Origin: a virus
Strand: one strand, 5' to 3'
DNA: 64,000 bases
Virus record (IMG/VR): IMGVR_UViG_3300018411_000639
Coordinates: 48,617 to 112,616 of that record
In this document: positions 30,248-40,861 of the stretch, one piece after another
Layout: the number at the start of each line of letters is the position of its first letter
Numbering within the stretch: the first letter of the stretch is position 1
The notes under the pieces: model-generated
The model's database searches: none
The model's input: the letters and a program-made list of their open reading frames with translations, nothing else
What the model was told of the DNA's origin: nothing
Made by a program: the position numbers and the translations under genes

Positions 30248-33238
30248 TTATAGACTATACAGGAACGCCATAGCGCTTAGTGCTGCATCTGGAGACAGTA
30301 ACTCTGCTTTCAGGATAAGCTCGGTGCTTTGGTTCCCGAATGTGTGCAGACTGTCTGCGTTAACCGGATCAAAGTCCTCTCCACCATCGCCGTTATCGAC
30401 GTAGAAACTTACATCGCCGATGGTCTGTGCCGTAAGGATGATGTGTTGGTACATCTCCAGCGTCAGCTCACGGAAAACCACGGCTCCCGGCTTGGACTTG
30501 TCAATCAATCGCATCAAGTGAAGGTTCCCGTCGTAGTAGACATTGTGGCTTCCGGTTGTATTAAATTCAGGCGGAGAGATATCCGATGCCGCCTTTCCGT
30601 CATCCAGAATGACCTGACCCTCTGTGACGAAAGTAGGAGTTTCGTAAATCTTCTTGAAATCGCCCAGGTTCTCGGACGTCATGAGTTTGATGTTGGTGAC
30701 TTCGATACGTTCGCCGTTGGAACTGGAGAAGAAGATCACGCGGAACTTCAGTGCGTTGACCTCATCGAAAGTAAGGGCAATGTGATTATTCCACACATTG
30801 TTGTCGTAAACGACATTGCTCACGATTGATCCCGTAAAGTCTGAGGGAATACCTTGCTCTCCTATCCGCAGATCTGTAACAGGTAACCACAGAGGGTTTG
30901 CGTAGGCGTCGTTGACTTTCGCTAACGGGTCGCTTGCATACTGCAAGGCAAAACTCTTGCCCGCCGTTCTTTGCTTCCCAAAGAACAACAGTACCTTGTT
31001 TAGCGACTCAACTGTAGGCGTTGCAATCAGGAGAGACTTCGGTTGTGTCACGGTAGGCGCAACGTCGGAATGCCCGAAGGTGGCTGTGTTCGCGATTATG
31101 TTGGAGGCTCCTTGCCCGCCTGTTGACCACTCAATCGTCGTCCCTGCTACTTGGCCAAAAACATTCTTCGTCTTCGACATCACGATGTTGTCGATATAGA
31201 GTTCCTGATCTACCAAGAGATTATCAAACCTCATCAGGATATTCTGGATACTTTCTGCGTTTGTCCCTCCTGGAATCGGCAGATAGTGTCGATGCCAACG
31301 GTCGAGGGCTTCGTCATCGAAGTAGTCCAAATCGAACCCGCTCGCATCGCTCTTACCTAACTGCAAGGCACTCACGAGGTAAGCTGTATTGTCTAGGCTC
31401 ACGATGTCCGTTGTTGCAATACTACCCAACCAGTCTTCGCCTTCAAGCCCTCTCCCCAGATTACTGTCAACGTGCCAACTGAAAGCAACACTGGTACCCG
31501 AGAGGAGATGCATTACTCTCCCGAAAGCCACAGTGAAGGTGATGACGTAACTGCCGAACGCATCAGGAGGGAACGTTATAGGTATCCAGTCACTCGTTTG
31601 GACTGCCGTGGTCGGCGTACCCTCGTAGCCGTTCTTCCCGCCAAATGTAATCGGGACCGGCCTGTTGAACGCAGGATAAGCGGAATCCACGGCACCTACT
31701 CCCGCAGATACGTTGTCTAGGTGCAAATGAAAGTTCTCAATCTTCACATACTCCCCGACAGGAAGGCTAATGGAGATCCTGAAGCGATCGTGTTCCGGTC
31801 TTACTGTCGGAGTCGCCTCACGGACACGTGTTCGAATCGTCCTCCCTGTCATGTCGATAGCTGTTGGCAGATTTGTTGCCCATTCTGAGAGGACGGAAGC
31901 CACGGCTTCGTTCGAGCGCATCAGAGCCATTTTGGCTTTTTGGTGGTTCTGGTTGGACTTCACATCAACCTTTAACGTGCCGTAACTGGACATGTTTAAT
32001 GGTGAGGCAAATTCTTTCCGGACAGTAGCGTGCACAGAACTGCGTTCGCTCCATAAGCGCAGGTTTACCAGATTACAGAATTGAGGCGTTCTGTTGATGA
32101 CGACTTTGATGCCGGTGATGTTTGCGACAGCGCTGAACAAGAATACGTTGGTTGGGCGGGTGTTGTCTGTGATTGCGCCGTCAGATGACACTTGACCATC
32201 TGTAGCGATGTTCAGTTCCTCACCTCTTAGCGTCTTCGGTTTGACCAGTGATTCGAATCGCTTCCAGCCCAGTCCGGTGTACTCTGTTACGAAAGTATCG
32301 GTTGTATAGAAGATCTCGTAGTCAGCAGGCACGTTCGCAGGGCTCTTATCCCAAACAAGGTCCAGTCTGTTCGTGTTGCCTTTGTTGTTGATGCCGATCA
32401 CATAAGCGATGGCGTTGCTGTTCGGAATAGCCGTGCTGAGCGGAGATGAACCTGTCACGACTCGTTTGCCGATACCGGCAGCCAAGTCTCTTCGTCCAAT
32501 GAAAGTCGAGCCACTGATAGGCCGACCTTTAAGGTTCAGCTTCAGGGATCCGTGACCGGATGTTTTGTCCGAGCCTTCGACTGTTATCTTCATGTTCTCC
32601 GGGTTCTGCCATTCCGTCAGGCTTTCGTTCTCGACAAGCAGGCGTTCCGCATCCCCTTCGGTACGGTAGATGACAGCCCCCTCGTTTCCTGCAGGGATAT
32701 TCTTCAGCTTCAATTCAACCGAGTTGTTCGCGCCTGCGCCAGTTGTGATTGTTTCAGCGTTTGCGATGTTCGTCTCTCCGTACTTACTCTTGTACGTTAC
32801 GCCATAGGAGTAGCGTTTATTGGGTTGGAGCGTGCCTAGTTCGGGCCCATTCGTGATGTTCGTCAGTTCCGGAACCGATCCTGATCGCATTCCGTAGTCG
32901 ATGGAACTGTCGTCGTCAAACTCCTCTTTGACGGATTTATCTAAGCCGTATTTTGTAGAGTTGACCAACATGCCTAGCTTCAGCAACTGAACGTCGCGCT
33001 CTTCGTTTGTGTAGATACCTTGCGGGCCGCCACCACCTCCCGTATGGAAGTGCAGGTGGTCAGCGTTCCCCATCTGCGTTAATGTGTTTCGTTGCGAAAG
33101 AGTTAGGTCCGCCTCGTTGCTGTGAGTCGGATGGTCTAGCACCATCTTGTCTTCGTTTAAGCGGAAGCTCGGATGCAAGTGTTTTTCTTCTACCTGCCCG
33201 TCACCGATACGATGTCCTTTTACTTTTGACGATACCAT
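30248..33238 (-). CDS. Large fibre/receptor-binding protein with carbohydrate-binding-like domains
   Basis: 996 aa, beta-rich; N-terminus similar to 33244..34239; LYIDNI-type motif. Confidence 0.55.
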   Translation of the reverse strand: MVSSKVKGHRIGDGQVEEKHLHPSFRLNEDKMVLDHPTHSNEADLTLSQRNTLTQMGNADHLHFHTGGGGGPQGIYTNEERDVQLLKLGMLVNSTKYGLDKSVKEEFDDDSSIDYGMRSGSVPELTNITNGPELGTLQPNKRYSYGVTYKSKYGETNIANAETITTGAGANNSVELKLKNIPAGNEGAVIYRTEGDAERLLVENESLTEWQNPENMKITVEGSDKTSGHGSLKLNLKGRPISGSTFIGRRDLAAGIGKRVVTGSSPLSTAIPNSNAIAYVIGINNKGNTNRLDLVWDKSPANVPADYEIFYTTDTFVTEYTGLGWKRFESLVKPKTLRGEELNIATDGQVSSDGAITDNTRPTNVFLFSAVANITGIKVVINRTPQFCNLVNLRLWSERSSVHATVRKEFASPLNMSSYGTLKVDVKSNQNHQKAKMALMRSNEAVASVLSEWATNLPTAIDMTGRTIRTRVREATPTVRPEHDRFRISISLPVGEYVKIENFHLHLDNVSAGVGAVDSAYPAFNRPVPITFGGKNGYEGTPTTAVQTSDWIPITFPPDAFGSYVITFTVAFGRVMHLLSGTSVAFSWHVDSNLGRGLEGEDWLGSIATTDIVSLDNTAYLVSALQLGKSDASGFDLDYFDDEALDRWHRHYLPIPGGTNAESIQNILMRFDNLLVDQELYIDNIVMSKTKNVFGQVAGTTIEWSTGGQGASNIIANTATFGHSDVAPTVTQPKSLLIATPTVESLNKVLLFFGKQRTAGKSFALQYASDPLAKVNDAYANPLWLPVTDLRIGEQGIPSDFTGSIVSNVVYDNNVWNNHIALTFDEVNALKFRVIFFSSSNGERIEVTNIKLMTSENLGDFKKIYETPTFVTEGQVILDDGKAASDISPPEFNTTGSHNVYYDGNLHLMRLIDKSKPGAVVFRELTLEMYQHIILTAQTIGDVSFYVDNGDGGEDFDPVNADSLHTFGNQSTELILKAELLSPDAALSAMAFLYSL

Positions 33239-33243
33239 TTTAA

Positions 33244-34239
33244 TCAGTACCTCCTCTTACATATAGTCAGATTGCAGTTAGCGGGCATTGGTAACACCAT
33301 TTGGATCTGATGTTCGCCTACTTCCAAAAAGTCTTCCCCGGCTTGAAGCAACAGCCCATCTTCGTAGACAACCAGTTCATCAAGCCCTGGTGTGTACGAG
33401 AAGACAGTGTCAACTGCCGTCTGGTCTGCCACACTCTTCATCCGGTAAATCCAGTCGTAAAGTCTGCCGGCATTTGTTCCGATGACACGAAGTTTCGTTC
33501 CCGCAGGGAGAACTTCGTTCAAGAGAACACTGGTGCCATTTACCTCTGTGTAGTCGTTATCTGCTCCTGGCATAAGGAGCAAAGGTCCTTCATAAATCAT
33601 AAGCGAGCCATCTCCTAAGCGATAAGGGTTCGGCAGAATAATCTCTTGTTGGTTCTCCTGCAGTTCAATAGTGGTTTCCCACGTGCTCATCGCCTGAATG
33701 GTGATGTCACCCGTTCCGATCTCACCCGTTCCGCTTCCGGCGCTAGCTAGACTGTTCAGCTTGGATGTCAGCGTAGTGAAGTCCCCTTTGGCGTTACTAA
33801 TGTCTTCGTAAAGAATGTCGAGGTCTTTATGGCCTCTTACCCCTGCGTGACTGTTGATCTTGTCGTCAAGGCTTATCTGGATGGCATCCAGTGCCGCCTT
33901 TAAAGAGACCTCGTCCCCGACAGCTTCTCCGACAAGATCAACCAACTCGTCCACGGCAGTCTTGCTGGCTTTGCCTTTCAGTGTGTTCTGGAGAGTCAAG
34001 CCCTCTTCTCGCGCATTGGCGATTTCCATGATGGCGAGAACAACGTCTTTCAAGTCGAGTTCCTTCACTAGCTGCGGGTTCGTGTTCTTGATCAGATCCA
34101 ACGTCGCTTTGTTCTCGTGGTTGTGTGTCCCGTGATTCAACTGAATATTTCTTTCCGGAATGCGGAGGTCATTACTTAGATGCTCCGTCTTGATGGACTT
34201 GTGCGCCAAGCGATTGCCACCCAATTTCGTTCTGGACAT
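33244..34239 (-). CDS. Fibre-associated protein with two C-terminal beta modules
   Basis: HNHENKATLD; two copies of Y..G...L..YE.G.L...G..D(Y/F).E. Confidence 0.6.
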   Translation of the reverse strand: MSRTKLGGNRLAHKSIKTEHLSNDLRIPERNIQLNHGTHNHENKATLDLIKNTNPQLVKELDLKDVVLAIMEIANAREEGLTLQNTLKGKASKTAVDELVDLVGEAVGDEVSLKAALDAIQISLDDKINSHAGVRGHKDLDILYEDISNAKGDFTTLTSKLNSLASAGSGTGEIGTGDITIQAMSTWETTIELQENQQEIILPNPYRLGDGSLMIYEGPLLLMPGADNDYTEVNGTSVLLNEVLPAGTKLRVIGTNAGRLYDWIYRMKSVADQTAVDTVFSYTPGLDELVVYEDGLLLQAGEDFLEVGEHQIQMVLPMPANCNLTICKRRY

Positions 34240-34243
34240 TCCG

Positions 34244-35524
34244 TCACCTCCTCTTGTAAACTGTGATCCTTGAGCCGAATGGCGGCTCTTCCAAAAGTTG
34301 GATAACGCGGTTGCTTAGTTCTGCATAGTCTTCGTCTACCGTTAGTTGCAGTCCGTTTTCGTAGACGAGAATATCGTTTCTGCCGGTATAGAACACGTTC
34401 GTCAGATTGAAGACCGTCTGACCTTCCACACTGACGAATCGCTCATTCCAGTTAAGAAGAGCAGCGATACAAGTAACCTTGATTTGTTCCCCTTCTTCCA
34501 GAGGATAATTGAAGCGGATCTGCTTCTCGTCCACTTCCATGTAATCGAAGCCTTTCCCTAGCCACTGCACAAGGCCGCTTGCGCTAACCAGAAGCATATT
34601 GGCGCCGGGGATATAGGTTTCCGAAAGATCGAAGATGGTCTGACCTTCTGTCGCCACAAAGTCTAGCGACCAGGACTGTTGCTGATAGTCGTGTCCGTGA
34701 TAAAGGACTTGTCCGGCCGCCTGCACTCCTTCTTGTCGAAAGACGAACTTCGTTGCTGCGGGATAAGGGGCTCTCAGTAATCTGACGCGATAAGCATCCA
34801 GTTCTTCGTAGTCATCTCCTTCGGTCAACCGCAAGCCATTTACAAAGACAGAGAGGGAGTGATCACCCCTCATGTATTTGTTCTGAACAATGAAATCGGT
34901 TTGACCATCCGAGCTGATAACTTCTTCATGAAGCGGAGAGAAGACAGTGTGCGTTGTTTCTGTCAAGAAAGACAGGTACACTTCCGGCTCCAGAGGATAG
35001 AGCATCCTCACGTGCGTATCTGATACTTCCGTGTAATCCAGATCAGGCGTCAAGAGTTCTCCATCACGGAATACGCGCAGGTGCTGATTGTCAGCCACAA
35101 ATGTATGCAGGAGATGGAAGTCCACCTCTTCGCCTTCCGTCAGGAACTCTTCACGGAAACCGGAACGGTAAGCGAAGCTGATTGTCGCATCCCCTTCTGT
35201 CCCTTCCATTCCCTCCCCGCTAGCGCTCAACGCATCCTTTATCGCCTGTACGTCTGCAGCAATCTGAGTAATATCTCCGTCGATAACGAGGATCTTTTCA
35301 TCTGTGCTGCTGACGACTTCAGACAGGTCGTCCTGCGTAACCACCGAGAAACTCAAGTCCGAGGAAGGGATCCCTGTCATCGGTTTTGTATACTTCTCAC
35401 TTAACGCTTCCTGTAGTCCTGTGATGGATTCAATAGGATGCTGATTAGCCAATCCTCTATTGAAGAGGAGATTATGATCGTTATTGATGTTGGTATTGCC
35501 TTTTCGCACAATGCGGATTGCCAT
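34244..35524 (-). CDS. Fibre-associated protein with four tandem beta modules
   Basis: QHPIESITGL motif; four GQT.F..Y..G..L.V..NG..DY.E-type repeats. Confidence 0.65.
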   Translation of the reverse strand: MAIRIVRKGNTNINNDHNLLFNRGLANQHPIESITGLQEALSEKYTKPMTGIPSSDLSFSVVTQDDLSEVVSSTDEKILVIDGDITQIAADVQAIKDALSASGEGMEGTEGDATISFAYRSGFREEFLTEGEEVDFHLLHTFVADNQHLRVFRDGELLTPDLDYTEVSDTHVRMLYPLEPEVYLSFLTETTHTVFSPLHEEVISSDGQTDFIVQNKYMRGDHSLSVFVNGLRLTEGDDYEELDAYRVRLLRAPYPAATKFVFRQEGVQAAGQVLYHGHDYQQQSWSLDFVATEGQTIFDLSETYIPGANMLLVSASGLVQWLGKGFDYMEVDEKQIRFNYPLEEGEQIKVTCIAALLNWNERFVSVEGQTVFNLTNVFYTGRNDILVYENGLQLTVDEDYAELSNRVIQLLEEPPFGSRITVYKRR

Positions 35525-35535
35525 AGCTTCTCCTC

Positions 35536-36627
35536 CTATTCGAGAATGATTTTAAATCGGTAACTGTCTGCGAAGGCCGGTCCGAACTGCGTGATGTCTC
35601 TGTCTATCTTAATCAGGAAATCGTAGCTGACATTAGGGAGCAAGTCAGGTAGTTCCAGTTTCGTCTGGTACGTCGGCGTGTCGCTCGCAAAGGCCAGCGT
35701 AACTTGATCGCCTCCGCGATAATAAGACACAGGCGCCACAGACAAAGCGATACCTCTAAGTGGTTCCGCTTCTCTGCTGATGATGGTTACAGGAAGAACT
35801 GTTTCCTTGCCGGTAACCCTGCCGAGATCAAAGATATTGGCGTTAAGTACCGCTTGCTCTGCTATCAGGACTTCGACGTTGTACGCGTAATCGTACACAT
35901 CCCCTCCGCACAACGTAACGTCTTCAAGTCCACCAATCTCAATTCCGTCTGCACCCACAACCGACAATCTTGCGCTCGTCAGAGGGAGTAGTACTGTAGT
36001 CAGATCAACCAGTGCTTTCCCGTTGGAGTTCTTTACGGCGTCCTGATTCGCAAGGACATTTACGCCATTTTGGTCATAGATGCGAACGGTCGCATCGCTC
36101 GGAACGTTATTGACCGACAGTAGGTTAGATTTGTAGAAAGATACACCCAAGACTCGCAGCATATCTGAAACATAGGTCTGGACTCCATCAATGAAGAATC
36201 CGACTTCGTTCGCATCGTTCATTTCGGAATTACCTGCGTTCACCCAAGTCAGTCCGTCGCGCGAGATACAGAAAGTATGTACGCCCTTTTCTACGCACAG
36301 TTTGATGTAACGAAAGAGACTAAGCTCTTTCGCTCCTGTAAAGTAGTGTTGGCATTCAATCTGGTTCCCTGTATTCGACAAAACCACAAGACCCGAAACG
36401 TCAGATAACGTCTCGGGGTTGTGGTAGATCTGGGCTTGCATGACATAATCGTGAGAAGGTGTCGGAATTGACATGGTGAGACGTTCTTCTCCATGCTCCA
36501 ACCCAACATACCCCGCCTCAAAGACCACCCGACTGTAATCGTTGGGCGACAGGTTCCATAGCAAATTGCTGCTCGCAAAGTCATCTTCGAACAGGTATCC
36601 ACTGGAAACTTTCGTCAAAGTAGCCAT
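35536..36627 (-). CDS. Virion protein with ConA-like lectin/glucanase fold
   Basis: FEDDF N-terminus; YIKL..GVHTFCISRDGLTW resembles a ConA-like sandwich. Confidence 0.5.
   Translation of the reverse strand: MATLTKVSSGYLFEDDFASSNLLWNLSPNDYSRVVFEAGYVGLEHGEERLTMSIPTPSHDYVMQAQIYHNPETLSDVSGLVVLSNTGNQIECQHYFTGAKELSLFRYIKLCVEKGVHTFCISRDGLTWVNAGNSEMNDANEVGFFIDGVQTYVSDMLRVLGVSFYKSNLLSVNNVPSDATVRIYDQNGVNVLANQDAVKNSNGKALVDLTTVLLPLTSARLSVVGADGIEIGGLEDVTLCGGDVYDYAYNVEVLIAEQAVLNANIFDLGRVTGKETVLPVTIISREAEPLRGIALSVAPVSYYRGGDQVTLAFASDTPTYQTKLELPDLLPNVSYDFLIKIDRDITQFGPAFADSYRFKIILE
36459..36474 (+). promoter_or_regulatory. 16-bp box (15/16), intragenic
   Basis: GTGTCGGAATTGACAT. Confidence 0.7.
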
Positions 36628-36637
36628 GTTGCACTCC

Positions 36638-37072
36638 TTACTCTAGGCCAACAGTGATATCCATTGGAACGTTCTTGACAACTTTAACGTTCTCTTTCCC
36701 TAACGAACGGATCAACGGCTCTGCTGACTTCATTGCGGATTGTAGAGAAGCGTGGGAAGAACTAGAGAACCAGCACTCGCCTTTTGCACGAGCATATTTC
36801 TCTACGATGATATGGGAAGTCAGGGTACCGGATGTCTCTGCAATCAGAGAGTTGATTTCCTCTACTCCGTCAAACAGGAAGACCATGTCGTATTTTGGAT
36901 TGGATGCTTGTTGCTCAACGAGCATCTCAGCAGAATCGACCCCCGCCGTTTTTCCGTATGCGCGGATGAATTTCGAGTTGAAGTCGTAGACCGACGTTGC
37001 GGTATTGGATACCGGTTTCTTTGTTGTTGGGTGAATGTAACGGTAAAGCACGTTGTATTGTACTGATGCCAT
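36638..37072 (-). CDS. Hypothetical virion-associated protein
   Basis: 144 aa; RBS present; co-oriented. Confidence 0.7.
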   Translation of the reverse strand: MASVQYNVLYRYIHPTTKKPVSNTATSVYDFNSKFIRAYGKTAGVDSAEMLVEQQASNPKYDMVFLFDGVEEINSLIAETSGTLTSHIIVEKYARAKGECWFSSSSHASLQSAMKSAEPLIRSLGKENVKVVKNVPMDITVGLE

Positions 37073-37090
37073 GAATGTTCACTTTCCTTC

Positions 37091-40000
37091 CTAGGTTTGT
37101 CTGATGGTCTTTCTTTTGCCTTTCGACTTCTTGTTGTGGTGCAAGTCGAAGTAATCCTCGAGGCGCTGAATAAGATCCGTGATCGCCAGATTTCCGTGAA
37201 CCGCATCTTCAAAGAACGATTCATTGTTCTGGTAAAGGTCTTCGTAGATAGCAAGTTTCTTTATCAGTTCGTCTAGGACTCGGTTTCCACTCCCCACCAC
37301 GGGGTGATACTCTGTAATGATGTCCGCCTTAACCATGTCGGAAATGACAACGTTGGCTATGTTTATTATACCACTGCCTTCGCCATGGTAAAGCAATTTC
37401 AATTCGTTTTTCAGTCCATCTCCGGGCTTCAGCAAATCAAAGCTCAGATCCAGAGGAGAACCTTGGAATGCACCCTGTTGTTCTCCGTTCAAGAAGACCT
37501 CAAAAGCCCCTCCTGTCTGATAGGCTTTCATCTTGATAGACGTATTGGCCGGGTTCTCGATGAAGAAGGTAACGGAGCTTTCTTCGGTTACTACCGTATT
37601 CGTTAGGGTGTATTTAGATGTGTCGATGTGCATATTGGTTTTCTCGCAAGGGATAGCACTCTCTCCAGTATGGAAGCCCCCTTGAAGAGGTTCGTAGATA
37701 TAGCTGACACGGTACCGCGAGTTCTTCAGGATAGAAGCCTCTCCGTACCACCTAATCAAGCGTAAGACACGATAGGCTTGTTGCTGTAGGCCTGGCGGAA
37801 TCTCTAGCTGAATGTAGGCGTCCATGAACTCGAGCATCTTAGCGACCGAGTCCCGCATATCCATTGCTCCGAACTTGAAGATGTTCTCCTGCCACGTTTT
37901 GTTGTAAATCAAAATCATGTGACGGAGCAGGCTGACGTTTACATCCAGATACTCTCTGGCGATACCCTTGTACTCCGGCAAAGGGTGTGAGATCGGTCGC
38001 TCAACCAAGAAGGAGCCATCGGCCAATGTGTTGACAAGTTTCAGCGGCTTCAACGTATCCGGATCAATCAGACCTTCTTTATAAGAGGAATAGTCGTAAT
38101 CCAACTGAGGAAGCAGTAGTTCATCGACACCTCCCGCTGTCAAGTTGAGCAAGTCATCATGATCGCTTGCGTTGTACACCCATTCGGTCTTGGGCGTGTA
38201 GCGGAGATCTTTCAGCACTTTAGCTAGGCCGACGTACTTCTCAAGTTCTGGATGCGTCTCAATAGATCTCTTGTCGACCAAGTACCTGCTCGAATTCCGG
38301 TCATAATTGGTGGCGCGGTCTTTCTGCTCAAGTAAGAGGCTACCACCTTCGTCAAGGATACGATAAAGTTTGACCAAAGGAACGTCGCTTTGATGTCTGA
38401 AGATATTCTTCTCAATCTTGAGCGACAGAGAGGCTTGGGTCAGCGTTGTGCTTTTCTCGGCCTTGACCTCCAAGCCGACATCTTCTGGCTTGGGAACTTC
38501 AACGGTCCCCGACACGACCTTAGCTGCTCTCGTGCCATCCTGAAAAACATCCGTACTCTTTTGAGGTGACCCCAAGCGAAGCCCATCCTCTTTGTCTCGA
38601 GCATCGTTGACGACACCATCAAAGCGGGTATCGAGGTCAGCTTCCGTTGTTTCTTTGGAATAACGTCCGAGGCTGATGTCGCTCTCATGGATGCCTGTCG
38701 TCTTGAAAATCGCATCCACTGATGTATCTTTTGTTTCGAATACGGACCGGCCTCTCTGATCTACTTCGATATACAGTCCTTCACAGTTTAGCCCGTTTAC
38801 GGTCGCATCAATCGCAACCATCTCTTTGGCCAGAGCAATAACGTACTCTCTTTTGTCCAGGAAAGAACCGTTGAGTGAGACAGGGTTCATCTTTCGACCT
38901 CTCGCCTGAAGAGTAATTATTCCTTCTTGAATCCCGACAGCCAGTAGCTTCGACAAGTTCTTCTGCTGACTCTCTGTCCAAGCCGCGCCCATCCCTCGAC
39001 CAAAAGAGATATCCTGGAACGGAACATCTATGTCGACTTCCAGTTTTTGGTAGCGAAGACTGAACAGCTCGGAGATGCCCGCTGACAAAGAACTTTTCCC
39101 AGCCGAGACATTTTCCTCCAAGCCGAAGGTCGGCAAGTCTTTCGACAGGAACTGGCCTTCTTCTCCGTACATGAATTGATGTTCAGACCGGGAGGCGGAT
39201 TGCACAGCATCTCTGGAAACACCATAAGACTCCTTCCAGAGAGATGTCATCGCGTCAGATGGATCGTTCTGGAATGTTTTCCTGTCTCGGGATGCACTCT
39301 GGAATGGCCGGCCTTCGTAGAGATCCATGAGGCGACCGAACCAATTCTCCTCTGGTGACAACAGGTCTGCTTGATAGGCGTCTTTCGATAGAATCTGCAC
39401 GCCTTCGATTGACTGCACGCCGTAGGCTTCCTTTTCCAGTATCCAGTCGATAGCACTTACAAGAGCCTGCTTTTCAGGAGAGGACAACCCAACGAAGTTC
39501 AGGTCGTAGAAGTCTTTCGGATCTTTTGTAATCTTCGAGATAAAACTGGCAGCATTGGCAGCATAGACTTCTTTGACGTTACTGTCGCTTGCTATCTGGT
39601 TTTCTTGTACGAGAGCTGACTTGCTTTCTCCTGACGTGAATCGGACAGTTTCCGAACCCAAGTCTTTGTACTCCTTGGACGCACTGTCTTTGTCCGTCAT
39701 GTCTGTGACGTTCTCGCTCATCTCTTTTTTGTTCGCATCCATTTGACAGTCGGAGGAAGATTCAACGCCTTTTGTTCCTGACCCCGCAGAGATTTCATCC
39801 CACTCGAGGAAGAGAGAGAGAAAGAACTTCTCCAGGGCTAGACTTTCCCGAACCAGAGCTGATAATTCCCGAGTGTCCCAAAAAGTAGCCTCAGAGCTTG
39901 ACGCTTCTTTTGGTCTCCCGGGTTCTAGGCTTTGAGGGCCGGAGGAAAAAGCTTCGGGTACGTCTTTTTCGAGGATATGAGTTTCTTCGACACGAGACCC

Positions 40001-40843
40001 CTGTGAGTCCTTCCCTCCGAACAGAGAGGCAGATTCGCCGATCTCAAGGTCGCTCTTTGAAAGAGATGTAGGTGACCCATTGAGAAGAATGCCTTCTCTT
40101 CTCTTTTCTGCTCCGTCTGAGCTTAACTCTCTCAACAGGAGATCCTCTCTGCGTACCTGAAGACCTTCCTCTACCCTCATGTTTCTTTTGTGGTCAATCT
40201 CTGCGCTCTTTAGGTGACTGCTCGGTAGCGAGGTGTTTTTTAAAACCTCCACGAAGACAGCGTAGGCCCATTCACGGAAGTCAGAAGAAGATATCCGTTG
40301 AACAAGTTTTTCGCTCTCTGGTCTGGAGAGATTTATCTGTCTGCCGAGAAACGCCCCCGAGCTTCTTCTTATGCTTTTTGTGTTTTCTTTTGATAAAGAT
40401 TTCCCTCCATCCTCGCCCGGGAAGCGAGTCTCCCGGTACAGGATAGCAGGAAGAGAGGAAGGAAACGGATCTGATGGAATCCATCGACCAGAAGAGAAAC
40501 TCTTCGGTTTACCAACCGAGACCCCTTTCTCTCTACTGTTGTCTGCACCAGACAACACACCCTCCGGAACATGCACAGAAGCCCCTGCGCCAAAAGAAGC
40601 GAAGGCTGTCTCGTTCTGCGCCTTCGCTTCTTTTAACGACTTATGAAAAGGGGTGTGCGCATCATGCAGCTGATAGGAGCTCTTTCCCAGTGATGCGAAC
40701 AAACCTGTCTTGAACAACTCGGTCTGAAAGATCAAATTGTTCAAGTAAGAGAATGTTCTCTCGTAGGGGTGTTGGAGCTCTTCGTACTTTACGTCGTAAG
40801 CGGCGAATCGGTCTAGCAAGTAATTGATAACCACCTCTGCCAT
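37091..40843 (-). CDS. 1250-aa structural protein with a long degenerate 14-16-aa periodic central region
   Basis: Recurring (L/A)-x-(K/R) units in the centre; globular-looking N- and C-termini. Confidence 0.55.
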   Translation of the reverse strand: MAEVVINYLLDRFAAYDVKYEELQHPYERTFSYLNNLIFQTELFKTGLFASLGKSSYQLHDAHTPFHKSLKEAKAQNETAFASFGAGASVHVPEGVLSGADNSREKGVSVGKPKSFSSGRWIPSDPFPSSLPAILYRETRFPGEDGGKSLSKENTKSIRRSSGAFLGRQINLSRPESEKLVQRISSSDFREWAYAVFVEVLKNTSLPSSHLKSAEIDHKRNMRVEEGLQVRREDLLLRELSSDGAEKRREGILLNGSPTSLSKSDLEIGESASLFGGKDSQGSRVEETHILEKDVPEAFSSGPQSLEPGRPKEASSSEATFWDTRELSALVRESLALEKFFLSLFLEWDEISAGSGTKGVESSSDCQMDANKKEMSENVTDMTDKDSASKEYKDLGSETVRFTSGESKSALVQENQIASDSNVKEVYAANAASFISKITKDPKDFYDLNFVGLSSPEKQALVSAIDWILEKEAYGVQSIEGVQILSKDAYQADLLSPEENWFGRLMDLYEGRPFQSASRDRKTFQNDPSDAMTSLWKESYGVSRDAVQSASRSEHQFMYGEEGQFLSKDLPTFGLEENVSAGKSSLSAGISELFSLRYQKLEVDIDVPFQDISFGRGMGAAWTESQQKNLSKLLAVGIQEGIITLQARGRKMNPVSLNGSFLDKREYVIALAKEMVAIDATVNGLNCEGLYIEVDQRGRSVFETKDTSVDAIFKTTGIHESDISLGRYSKETTEADLDTRFDGVVNDARDKEDGLRLGSPQKSTDVFQDGTRAAKVVSGTVEVPKPEDVGLEVKAEKSTTLTQASLSLKIEKNIFRHQSDVPLVKLYRILDEGGSLLLEQKDRATNYDRNSSRYLVDKRSIETHPELEKYVGLAKVLKDLRYTPKTEWVYNASDHDDLLNLTAGGVDELLLPQLDYDYSSYKEGLIDPDTLKPLKLVNTLADGSFLVERPISHPLPEYKGIAREYLDVNVSLLRHMILIYNKTWQENIFKFGAMDMRDSVAKMLEFMDAYIQLEIPPGLQQQAYRVLRLIRWYGEASILKNSRYRVSYIYEPLQGGFHTGESAIPCEKTNMHIDTSKYTLTNTVVTEESSVTFFIENPANTSIKMKAYQTGGAFEVFLNGEQQGAFQGSPLDLSFDLLKPGDGLKNELKLLYHGEGSGIINIANVVISDMVKADIITEYHPVVGSGNRVLDELIKKLAIYEDLYQNNESFFEDAVHGNLAITDLIQRLEDYFDLHHNKKSKGKRKTIRQT
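37335..37350 (+). promoter_or_regulatory. 16-bp box (degenerate), intragenic
   Basis: ATGTCGGAAATGACAA; 14-bp core identical to the 54026 copy. Confidence 0.5.
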
Positions 40844-40861
40844 AGCTTACACCCCTTTCCG

